Assembly (NCBI GenBank): GCA_017522615.1
Contig: JAFWYR010000006.1
Span: 2,866-66,865 of the forward strand
DNA: 64,000 nt
Direction of reading: 5' to 3'
DNA from: Bacilli bacterium
GTDB taxonomy: Bacteria > Bacillota_I > Bacilli_A > RF39 > UBA660
Shown: one piece after another, positions 20,061 to 28,539 of the stretch
How positions within the stretch are numbered: position 1 is the stretch's first letter
Layout: every line of letters starts with the position of its first letter
Translations under genes and position numbers: made by a program
The notes under the pieces: generated by a model
Seen by the model: only the letters and a program-made list of their open reading frames with translations
What the model was told of the DNA's origin: nothing
Databases searched by the model: none

Positions 20061-20342
20061 CTAATTGTTATTCATGTTAGAAACTATTTTTTCTAAATTT
20101 ACTTTAAATGCTTTTTCATCTTCATCGACATATCCCATAAAGAAAATATGTTCAATTTGATCGTGGTTAAAAAGAATCGATTTATCAGTGAAAATTACAC
20201 CTTCAGGATATAAACAACCACAATAGTCAAATAATTGATTGTTAGTTTCTTCTGACTTACAAGCAAATCCAGTAATCATAAGTCTCTTTCTACCACCTTT
20301 AAGAATAACAATTGTACCAATAGGTAAATATTTATCTATCAT
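20061..20342 (-). CDS. DUF4176-family protein (T7SS-associated accessory protein), copy 1
   Basis: KYLPIGTIVILKGGRKRLMITGF...FDYCGCLYPEGV...LFNHDQIEHIFFMGY. A clear paralog of 33405-33794. Confidence 0.75.
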   Translation of the reverse strand: MIDKYLPIGTIVILKGGRKRLMITGFACKSEETNNQLFDYCGCLYPEGVIFTDKSILFNHDQIEHIFFMGYVDEDEKAFKVNLEKIVSNMNNN

Positions 20343-20836
20343 CTTTTGACACCTCTTTCTTGAATTCCGTATTTTTGCATTAAATCTTCATCGCCAATTT
20401 CTTCTAAATATTCTTTAATAGGGTAAACACTTAATAGTTCTTGAGCTCCAAGACCTTTAGCTTTACAATAACAAGATAAAATGTGCATAGCCATAGTCAT
20501 TTTATGATCGTCATCAAATAATAATTCTTGTAAAGTTTGAACTTTTTCAGGACTATTATCAATAAGATTTTCTATCGCATTAAATTCGACATTAGCATTG
20601 TTCATTTGTGCATATAAATCTTGTAAAAAATCTTTGCAATTAACAAAAGCAGATTTTTTCAAACTAAAGAACCCAGACTTTTGGATTTTAGAATCTAAAA
20701 CTCCAATAGTTCTATCTGTCGTTATCTTTGCTTTATAATATTGCCAAACAATATTTTTTAAATATTTAGCTTCAAAATTTTCTATCGTATATTTACCGTG
20801 TAATATTTCGTCTTCAAATTTAGTAATCTCATCCAA
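20339..20836 (-). CDS. Hypothetical 165-aa soluble protein (candidate chaperone or immunity partner)
   Basis: Overlaps the downstream DUF4176 gene by 4 nt and follows the Gly-zipper gene by 10 nt. No TM segment. No family recognised. Confidence 0.5.
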   Translation of the reverse strand: MDEITKFEDEILHGKYTIENFEAKYLKNIVWQYYKAKITTDRTIGVLDSKIQKSGFFSLKKSAFVNCKDFLQDLYAQMNNANVEFNAIENLIDNSPEKVQTLQELLFDDDHKMTMAMHILSCYCKAKGLGAQELLSVYPIKEYLEEIGDEDLMQKYGIQERGVKR

Positions 20837-20846
20837 TTAAATCACC

Positions 20847-22232
20847 TCAAATCACTCTAGTATGACTAACACTAGTATTATTTATAGTCTGAACACTTAA
20901 CTCGTTGTAAAGATTATCGAAAAAGGTTTTAACCTCAGGTTTTTTAGAAACAGAACGTCCAGAACGTTCGATAGTTCCATCTATAGATTTACAAATTCTA
21001 CTAGCAATTTCTTTATCGATGTTATCCGCACTTTTAGGAGTAAAATCAACACCTTCCACATCAAATACACTAAGATCATCAGGAACCAAAGAATCTCTTA
21101 CACTTTCAGAAGAATTAAGTTTAGTTGCAAGCTTGGGAATTGTACCGTAATTAAGTCCAGCCGCAAGACCGCCAAAGATAGGAAAAGCTACCATACTAGC
21201 TATACCACCATTTTTATCAAAGGCTTGAGCTACATCTCCATAATAAAATGAATCGACAACTGTTCCAGAAGACCATACGAGCTCGGCATTTGTAGCACCT
21301 ATCCTAACAGCTTGTCCAAGTGAAGTAACTCCTCCTAAAGCTCCACCACCAAAATAGGTTACACCACCAGCAAAAATTCCTTTTCCTAAAGAAGCAGCGT
21401 ACATTCCAACCTGTTCATCTGAGGTTAAAAATCTCTCACCATTATTAGATAATACTTTATATTTATTTGAATAATCAGAACCCATAGTAAGTAGTCCAAC
21501 AGAAGCAGCAGAGCCGGCTGGACCAAGAAGTATTCCGGACCCTATTATAATACCCATATCTCCACCAGCGCGTCCGACAAGTTTAATATTATTAAAAATC
21601 ACATCATCATATTTTATAAGAGAATAATGATCAATATAAGCGCCAAAGGGCGTATATTTGTAAAATTCTTTAGTAGCTTCGTCCACTATATTTGTAGCAA
21701 TTAAGTTTTGAAGATCATGAACGTGTTGATCGGCATCATTAGTACCTAAAATAGCATCACCAATTGCTGAAACTCCATGAACAAAAGGAACACCAACTAA
21801 AGAAAAAGCCCCATCTATCAAAGTTTCACCAGCATTATAAATACCATTTTTTAGAGCTATATCACTAGCCACAATTGTAGATACAATACTATTTAATCCA
21901 TCTGATATTGGTTGAAGTTGTTCATCAGTTATGCCTCTAACATTAGGATCATGAGTCCCAGTTGAAGTAGTAATAGTAGGCATAGCAGTTTTTTGATTAT
22001 TATTTGAATTACTTGTGTTTGAAGAAACATTAGATAAATTAGAATATTTCGGATTAGTTATATCAACGGTGGCTTCGGGTAAAGGATTACCTAAATTAGA
22101 ATTTGAATAATCTAACTCGAAATCAGGAGTGTTATCAGTAACTGATACGTAATTCAATTTAGTAGTTGAAGTAGTTGTCTTATTAAAATTTATTTTAACA
22201 TTATTGTAATTTAACTTTTTAATGTCACCCAT
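20847..22232 (-). CDS. Glycine-zipper-rich protein: candidate T7SS membrane-active effector or membrane component
   Basis: 461 aa. N/S/T-rich N-terminus without a signal peptide. Three Gly-rich hydrophobic blocks at aa 219-362 (GGDMGIIIGSGILLGPAGSAASVGLLTMG; GKGIFAGGVTYFGGGALGGVTSLG; GGIASMVAFPIFGGLAAGLNYG). Confidence 0.55.
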   Translation of the reverse strand: MGDIKKLNYNNVKINFNKTTTSTTKLNYVSVTDNTPDFELDYSNSNLGNPLPEATVDITNPKYSNLSNVSSNTSNSNNNQKTAMPTITTSTGTHDPNVRGITDEQLQPISDGLNSIVSTIVASDIALKNGIYNAGETLIDGAFSLVGVPFVHGVSAIGDAILGTNDADQHVHDLQNLIATNIVDEATKEFYKYTPFGAYIDHYSLIKYDDVIFNNIKLVGRAGGDMGIIIGSGILLGPAGSAASVGLLTMGSDYSNKYKVLSNNGERFLTSDEQVGMYAASLGKGIFAGGVTYFGGGALGGVTSLGQAVRIGATNAELVWSSGTVVDSFYYGDVAQAFDKNGGIASMVAFPIFGGLAAGLNYGTIPKLATKLNSSESVRDSLVPDDLSVFDVEGVDFTPKSADNIDKEIASRICKSIDGTIERSGRSVSKKPEVKTFFDNLYNELSVQTINNTSVSHTRVI

Positions 22233-22400
22233 TTAATCACCTCAATTCTATACAATAAAAGTATAACATATAACATTAATAATAATAAAATGATAATATA
22301 AATAATTGACATAAATATACATTTTTTATCTTCACATTTATTCATATAATTCATAGAGATAAATATAATATAATATAAAAAAGTACTAGGAGGGATAATA

Positions 22401-22901
22401 ATGATAAATAAAAGAAGTCTATGGTTTTTAACTTTATTCAGTTTGATATTAGTATTAAGTGTATATTATATTACAATGCCAAGTGAACTATTAATCGCAA
22501 CAAATAACGGAAGTAAAGAAACACAGACGGTATCAAAAGAAGAAACCACAAAAGAAAATGCCGAATTAGTTGCACTAAGGGTAGAAGAAGAAGAAAAAAC
22601 TTTGGATAAAATAACCGAATTAAAAAAAATACTAACAGACTCTAAAGCGACAACTGAAGAAAAAAATAAAGCTTTTGAAGAACTACAAAACATTAATAAA
22701 AATAAATCAGAAGAAGAAAAGATAGAAGAAATTGTTGAAAAAGAGCATAAACTGAAATCATTTGTCACAATCAATGATAAAAAAATTAATATAGTAGTAG
22801 ATAGCAAAGATGAAGGAACTGCACTAGCAAATAAAATAATGAGAACTGTTCAAAATAATTATAACGAACAGATGACGATTTCAGTTAAATTTCGTTCGTA
22901 G
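22401..22901 (+). CDS. spoIIIAH: Stage III sporulation protein AH
   Basis: N-terminus KRSLWFLTLFSLILVLSVYYITMPSE closely resembles B. subtilis SpoIIIAH. E/K-rich linker and C-terminal YscJ/FliF-like domain (FVTINDKKINIVVDSK...). Confidence 0.8.
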   Translation: MINKRSLWFLTLFSLILVLSVYYITMPSELLIATNNGSKETQTVSKEETTKENAELVALRVEEEEKTLDKITELKKILTDSKATTEEKNKAFEELQNINKNKSEEEKIEEIVEKEHKLKSFVTINDKKINIVVDSKDEGTALANKIMRTVQNNYNEQMTISVKFRS

Positions 22902-22913
22902 GCTTAAACTCTC

Positions 22914-22940
22914 ACTAATTATTCTTAAGGGCATATATTA
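22914..22940 (+). promoter_or_regulatory. Possible sigma-K type promoter for gerE
   Basis: AC (22914-22915), 16 nt, CATAtatTA (22932-22940), matching AC-N16/17-CATA---TA. gerE is sigma-K dependent in B. subtilis. Confidence 0.35.
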
Positions 22941-22986
22941 TTTATGAATGAATATAAGCCACCCAACTTAAGAAAGTGAGGGAAAA

Positions 22987-23193
22987 ATGAAAAACAGTAT
23001 CTTAACAAAAAGAGAACGTGAAGTATTTGAATTATTAATACAAAACAAAGATACAACCGAGATTGCTGATATTCTAAATATAAGTGATAAAACAGTACGT
23101 AATCATATTTCGAACGTAATGCAAAAGCTTGGAGTAAAAGGAAGAGCTGGAGCTGTAATCGAACTACTAAAACTAGGAGAATTATCGATATAA
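22987..23193 (+). CDS. gerE: Spore-coat transcription regulator GerE (LuxR-type HTH)
   Basis: 68 aa. LTKREREVFELL..TTEIA..L.IS.KTVRNHISNVMQKLGVKGRAGAVIELLKLGEL is near-collinear with B. subtilis GerE. Confidence 0.9.
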   Translation: MKNSILTKREREVFELLIQNKDTTEIADILNISDKTVRNHISNVMQKLGVKGRAGAVIELLKLGELSI

Positions 23194-23243
23194 AAGGTTA
23201 ATAATAAAACCTTTTTTTCATATCATTAAATAGGTGATAATTA

Positions 23244-24167
23244 ATGTTTAAAAAAATATCAATTAGAAAAATAGGATTATCAATTGCCGCTCTATTTGCC
23301 TTATTATTAATATATCTAATTCCGAATCAAGCTCCATCTTTAAAAATAAAAGAAGAATTAAAATATGTCGATAATAAAATTGAAGGGGCAGACGTATTTT
23401 TAATGGATAAAAACAGTTATGTTGCTATGACCGAAGCTCCAATATCAGAAAAAGATATAGAAAAAAGAGCCTTAGAATTAATCAAAATTCTTACGGTAGG
23501 AGGGATGGATAGTAAAGTTCCAAGTGGTTTTAGTGCTATAATACCACCAGATACCGAAGTGTTAAATCTAACATATGAGCGAGGTATTTTAAAAATAAAT
23601 TTTTCTAAAGATATATTGGACATCGATAAAAATCTAGAAGAAAAAATGATAGAAGCAATAGTTTATACATTAACATCGATTGAAAAAGTAGATAAAGTTA
23701 TAATATACGTCGAAGGTGATATATTAACAAAACTGCCTAAAACTAAAATAAATCTTCCATCCGCTTTAGATAGAAGTTTTGGAATTAATAAAGAATTTAA
23801 TTTAACCAGTACCAAAGATATAACCGATGTTACGATATATTATATAAATCAAATAAATGATAACTATTATTATGTGCCAGTGACTAAGTATTTAAATGAT
23901 CAAAGAGATAAGATAAACATAATAGTAGAAGAACTATCCATGGATTCCAATTTAAAAGATAATCTTAAAAGCTATCTTATGGATAATATAAAAATTGTAT
24001 CTGGTAGTGTTGAAAATGAAATTAATTTAGAATTCAACAAATTAAACTATAGTGAAGATATAAATGAAAAAATAGATAGAACAGTTTTACTATCAATATG
24101 TGATAACTATGACATTGAAAAACTAAAAATAAATCAAATAGATAAAGAATGTAAATCAGCAAAATAG
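23244..24167 (+). CDS. gerM: GerM-like germination/sporulation protein (GerMN domains)
   Basis: N-terminal TM anchor. GerMN-like block (VPSGFSAIIPPDTEVLNLTYERGILKINFSKDIL...AIVYTLTSIEKVDKVIIYVEGD). Confidence 0.7.
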   Translation: MFKKISIRKIGLSIAALFALLLIYLIPNQAPSLKIKEELKYVDNKIEGADVFLMDKNSYVAMTEAPISEKDIEKRALELIKILTVGGMDSKVPSGFSAIIPPDTEVLNLTYERGILKINFSKDILDIDKNLEEKMIEAIVYTLTSIEKVDKVIIYVEGDILTKLPKTKINLPSALDRSFGINKEFNLTSTKDITDVTIYYINQINDNYYYVPVTKYLNDQRDKINIIVEELSMDSNLKDNLKSYLMDNIKIVSGSVENEINLEFNKLNYSEDINEKIDRTVLLSICDNYDIEKLKINQIDKECKSAK

Positions 24168-24296
24168 CTGGTTTTTTGATAAAATAGTAAATAAGTAGAG
24201 TGTAAAATGTCGTAATCTATATATATCTTTTATTAAAATAATATTGTTATTCTTTTAAAAAAAATATATAATTAAAGAAGAATAGAGGGAATGAAA

Positions 24297-26588
24297 ATGG
24301 ATAGAAAAATAAAAATTATAGATAAATATTTTAATGCCGCAAATTACTTATCAGCTTGCCAGTTATATCTTTTAGATAATCCGTTACTAAAAAGGCCGCT
24401 AAAAAATGAAGATATCAAAAAGAAAATAGTCGGTCATTGGGGAACAGTCCCAACTCAAAATTTTATCTATGCTCACTTAAATAGAATAATAAAGGATTAT
24501 GATCAAGATATTATATATGTATCCGGCCCAGGACACGGTGGTAATAGCCCAGTAGCTAACACATACTTAGAGGGAACATATAGTGAAATATATAAAAATA
24601 TTACTGAAGATGAAGAAGGGTTAAAAAAATTATTTAAAAATTTTTCTTTTCCAGGTGGAATACCATCACATGCCGCTCCAGAAACTCCAGGATCCATACA
24701 TGAAGGGGGAGAACTTGGTTATTCACTTGCTCATTCATTTGGATTTGCTTTAGATAACCCAAATTTAATCGTCGCATGCGTAGTAGGTGACGGAGAAGCT
24801 GAAACCGGACCACTTGCCACTTCTTGGCATGGAATAAAATTTTTAAACCCAAAAAAAGATGGTTTTGTTTTACCGATTTTAAATTTAAACGGATATAAAA
24901 TAAGTAATCCAACCATTTTATCTAGAATGGATGACAAACATCTAGCAAGTTTCTTTTATGGTCTAGGATATCATCCTTATCTAGTTGAAGATGAAGATAT
25001 AATAAAAATACATAAAAAAATGTATCTAACACTAGATAAAATAATGGATGAATATAAAAGAATAAAAAATGGAGAAGGTATTCCTTACCCTATGATAATA
25101 TTAAGAACAAAAAAAGGTTGGACTGGTCCAAAAGAAGTCAACGGAAAACAAATAGAAGGAACTTTCAGAGCTCACCAAGTACCTTTACAAATAGAAGATG
25201 AAGACGATATTAAAAAACTCGAAAAATGGTTAAAATCATACCACCCAGAAGAATTGTTTGACGAAAATGGTAAATTAATAAAAGAAATAAAAGACTTCTT
25301 ACCAAAAGGAAATAAAAGGATGGGTTCTTCACCATACGCTAATGGTGGTAAACTTCTTAAACCATTAAAATTAGAAAATTTATATAACTATGAAGTAACA
25401 TTTGATAAAAGGGGAAACTATGAAACAAGTGATATGTTAGAACTAAGTGGATACTTAAAAGATGTATATCTTAAAAACGATAATTTCAGAATGTTTTCTC
25501 CAGATGAAGCTATGTCAAATAGATTATATAAACTATTTGAAAGTGAAAATAGAAATTGGCAAGAAAATATAAAAGAAAATGATGAGTATTTAAGCAAAGA
25601 TGGAAGAATAATGGATTCTATGCTTTCAGAACACATGTGCGAAGGAATGCTAGAAGGTTATATTTTAACCGGAAGACATGGGATATTTGATAGCTATGAG
25701 TCATTTGTAAGGGTCATAGACTCAATGGCTTCCCAGCATGCTAAATGGCTTAAAATGTGCAGTGAAATATCATGGAGAGAAGACATATCATCTTTAAACT
25801 ATATCTTAACATCACACATTTGGCAGCAGGATCATAATGGATATACTCATCAAGAACCAGGATTTCTAAATCACATAGCCGATAAAAAAGATGAAGTATC
25901 TAGAATATATCTTCCGTTTGACGCAAACAGTTTAATAGTAACTATAGATCATATATTAAAAACTAAAAACAAAATAAATGTTGTAACTGCATCTAAACAC
26001 CCATCTAAACAATGGTTATCTATGAAAGAAGCAACAGAACATTTCAATAAAGGAATAGACATATGGGACTGGGCATCTTCTAAAGGAAAACCGGATATAA
26101 TAATTGCCTCAGCTGGAGATACTCCGGTAATAGAAACCCTAGCTGCGACTAAAATATTAAACAAAGAATTTCCAAATTTAAAAATAAGATACATCAATGT
26201 GATAGATTTAATGAAACTTAAAAAGAATCATCCACATGGATTAGATGATAGAAAATATGATGAATTATTTACTAAAGATACACCAATAATCTTTGTCTTC
26301 CATGGCTATCCATCATTGATTTACTCATTAATTCATAATAGAACAAATAAAAATGTATCAGTTCATGGATATTTAGAAGAGGGAACAATAACTACACCAT
26401 TTGACATGAGAGTAAGAAATGAAATAGATAGATATCATATAGTAATCGATGTTATAAATCACTTAAATTTAGGAAAAGAAGGAGATATAGTTCTTCAAAA
26501 AATGAAAGATAATTTAAAAAATCATAACGAATATATTATCAAAAATGGAATAGACACCGAAGAAATCAGAAACTGGAAATATGAATAA
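24297..26588 (+). CDS. xfp: Xylulose-5-phosphate/fructose-6-phosphate phosphoketolase
   Basis: HWGTVPTQNF, YVSGPGHGG and EGGELGY motifs. Start at 24297 preferred over 24291 for RBS spacing. Confidence 0.93.
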   Translation: MDRKIKIIDKYFNAANYLSACQLYLLDNPLLKRPLKNEDIKKKIVGHWGTVPTQNFIYAHLNRIIKDYDQDIIYVSGPGHGGNSPVANTYLEGTYSEIYKNITEDEEGLKKLFKNFSFPGGIPSHAAPETPGSIHEGGELGYSLAHSFGFALDNPNLIVACVVGDGEAETGPLATSWHGIKFLNPKKDGFVLPILNLNGYKISNPTILSRMDDKHLASFFYGLGYHPYLVEDEDIIKIHKKMYLTLDKIMDEYKRIKNGEGIPYPMIILRTKKGWTGPKEVNGKQIEGTFRAHQVPLQIEDEDDIKKLEKWLKSYHPEELFDENGKLIKEIKDFLPKGNKRMGSSPYANGGKLLKPLKLENLYNYEVTFDKRGNYETSDMLELSGYLKDVYLKNDNFRMFSPDEAMSNRLYKLFESENRNWQENIKENDEYLSKDGRIMDSMLSEHMCEGMLEGYILTGRHGIFDSYESFVRVIDSMASQHAKWLKMCSEISWREDISSLNYILTSHIWQQDHNGYTHQEPGFLNHIADKKDEVSRIYLPFDANSLIVTIDHILKTKNKINVVTASKHPSKQWLSMKEATEHFNKGIDIWDWASSKGKPDIIIASAGDTPVIETLAATKILNKEFPNLKIRYINVIDLMKLKKNHPHGLDDRKYDELFTKDTPIIFVFHGYPSLIYSLIHNRTNKNVSVHGYLEEGTITTPFDMRVRNEIDRYHIVIDVINHLNLGKEGDIVLQKMKDNLKNHNEYIIKNGIDTEEIRNWKYE

Positions 26589-26674
26589 AGCAATGGCTTA
26601 AAAACCATTGTTTTTGCATAATGAAAAAGTTAAAATAAAAAAAGTCTTACACTATAAGACTTTTAATTTCTAAA

Positions 26675-26751
<77 letters not shown>

Positions 26752-26821
26752 AACTGACAACAAAATAATTATACAATATTTTAAAAAAAACATCAAGTAT
26801 ATTTTAAACATTTTTAAAATA

Positions 26822-26830
26822 TGTTATAAT
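26822..26830 (+). promoter_or_regulatory. Extended -10 promoter element upstream of eno
   Basis: TGtTATAAT, 26 nt before the GTG start. Confidence 0.5.
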
Positions 26831-26855
26831 TAATAAAGAATAGGAGAGGATAACA

Positions 26856-28082
26856 GTGTCAAAAATAAAAGATATAATAGCTCGTGAAATATTAGATTCA
26901 AGAGGAGATCCAACTGTAGAAGTCGATGTAATATTAGAAAGTGACATAATGGGAAGAGCTTCAGTTCCATCAGGAGCTTCAACAGGTATAAGAGAAGCTT
27001 TAGAACTAAGAGATAAAAATCCTGAAAGATATGGCGGGAAAGGTGTATTAACTGCTGTAAATAATGTAAACACAGTAATAAAAGAAGCTTTAATCGGAAT
27101 GGATAGTTTAGATCAAGAAGCTATCGATAGAAAAATGATAGAATTAGATGGTACTGAAAATAAAAGTAAATTAGGCGCAAATGCAATGTTAGGTGTTTCC
27201 ATGGCCAACTTAAAAGCAGCCGCAAACTATTTAAAAAAACCACTATATAAATATGTCGGCAAAGAAAGAACCATGCCAAAAGCTATGATGAATATTTTAA
27301 ATGGAGGCAAACATGCCGATAATGGATTAGATTTCCAAGAGTTTATGATAATACCTGAAGGAAAAACATTTTCAGATAGACTTGAAAGAGGTTGCGAAGT
27401 ATTTCATAGTCTAAAAAAAATACTCAAAGAAAAAGGTTTAAGTACCAATGTTGGCGATGAAGGAGGGTTTGCTCCTAATATAAGTAATAATAAAGCTGCA
27501 TTAAATTTACTAGTAGATGCGATTGAAAGAACTGGACTTATGCCAGGAAGAGATGTCAATATCGGATTAGATGTCGCTGCTAGCGAATTCTATGAAGATG
27601 GAAAATATAAATTAAAGGGAGAAAATAAAGAATACACTAGAGATGAATTAATTGAATATTATAATCAGCTAGTTAACGAATATCCTATAGTATCAATTGA
27701 AGACCCAGTTGAACAAGATGATTTTGAAGGCTTTACTAAAATAACCGAAATTTTAGGTGATACAGTACAATTAGTTGGTGATGATCTGTTTGTTACTAAC
27801 AAAAAATACCTAGAAAAAGGTATCAATATGAATGCTGGTAATGCAATTTTAATAAAAGTAAATCAAATAGGAACTATTACCGAAACAATCGAAACAATAA
27901 ACTTAGCTAAAGAAAATAATTATAATACGATTATTTCTCACAGAAGTGGAGAAACCGAAGATACAACTATTGCCGATCTTGCAGTAGGCTTAAATATGGG
28001 GCAAATAAAAACGGGATCTTTATCTAGAACAGATAGAATTTGCAAATATAATGAATTACTAAGAATCGAGGAAGAATTATGA
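26856..28082 (+). CDS. eno: Enolase, GTG start, C-terminally short
   Basis: [34 protein letters not shown], ends ...[12 protein letters not shown]-stop. It lacks the ~17 residues that follow this motif in typical bacterial enolases. Confidence 0.95.
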   Translation: MSKIKDIIAREILDSRGDPTVEVDVILESDIMGRASVPSGASTGIREALELRDKNPERYGGKGVLTAVNNVNTVIKEALIGMDSLDQEAIDRKMIELDGTENKSKLGANAMLGVSMANLKAAANYLKKPLYKYVGKERTMPKAMMNILNGGKHADNGLDFQEFMIIPEGKTFSDRLERGCEVFHSLKKILKEKGLSTNVGDEGGFAPNISNNKAALNLLVDAIERTGLMPGRDVNIGLDVAASEFYEDGKYKLKGENKEYTRDELIEYYNQLVNEYPIVSIEDPVEQDDFEGFTKITEILGDTVQLVGDDLFVTNKKYLEKGINMNAGNAILIKVNQIGTITETIETINLAKENNYNTIISHRSGETEDTTIADLAVGLNMGQIKTGSLSRTDRICKYNELLRIEEEL

Positions 28083-28441
28083 AAAAAAATGGTTTTACAT
28101 TGATCGAGTTAGTTGGAACAATAGTTATATTGTCACTAGCTCTAATTATAGTTGTGCCAACAGTAACCAAAAATGTTAGAAACGGGATGATAGATGCTGA
28201 TACAAACGCTAAATCATCTATTGAACTTGCTGCTAAAAACTGGGCAACAGACAATATGGGAACAGTTGGTGAATCATATTGTGTTAAAGTGTTAGATCTT
28301 CAAAATCAAGGATATCTAGATAAAAATTTAAAAATGCCTTCCAACGGCAACGCAAATATTAATAATGCCGGAGTAAGGATAGGAATTAAAGCAGGAACAG
28401 ATAAAAAAACATACACATACAAGTATGTTGAAAGCTGTTAA
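28079..28441 (+). CDS. Type IV pilin / pseudopilin, translationally coupled to eno
   Basis: ATGA start/stop overlap with eno. MKKNG|[20 protein letters not shown]. Two Cys (SYCV ... VESC-stop). Paralog of 2391-2780. Confidence 0.85.
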   Translation: MKKNGFTLIELVGTIVILSLALIIVVPTVTKNVRNGMIDADTNAKSSIELAAKNWATDNMGTVGESYCVKVLDLQNQGYLDKNLKMPSNGNANINNAGVRIGIKAGTDKKTYTYKYVESC

Positions 28442-28539
28442 AAATAAATGTCAACTTATCACATAAAAACAGAATATTATTGACTATAGAATAGATTTAA
28501 GATAATCTTATAATAGGGATAAAATAGAAGGAGGGGCAT

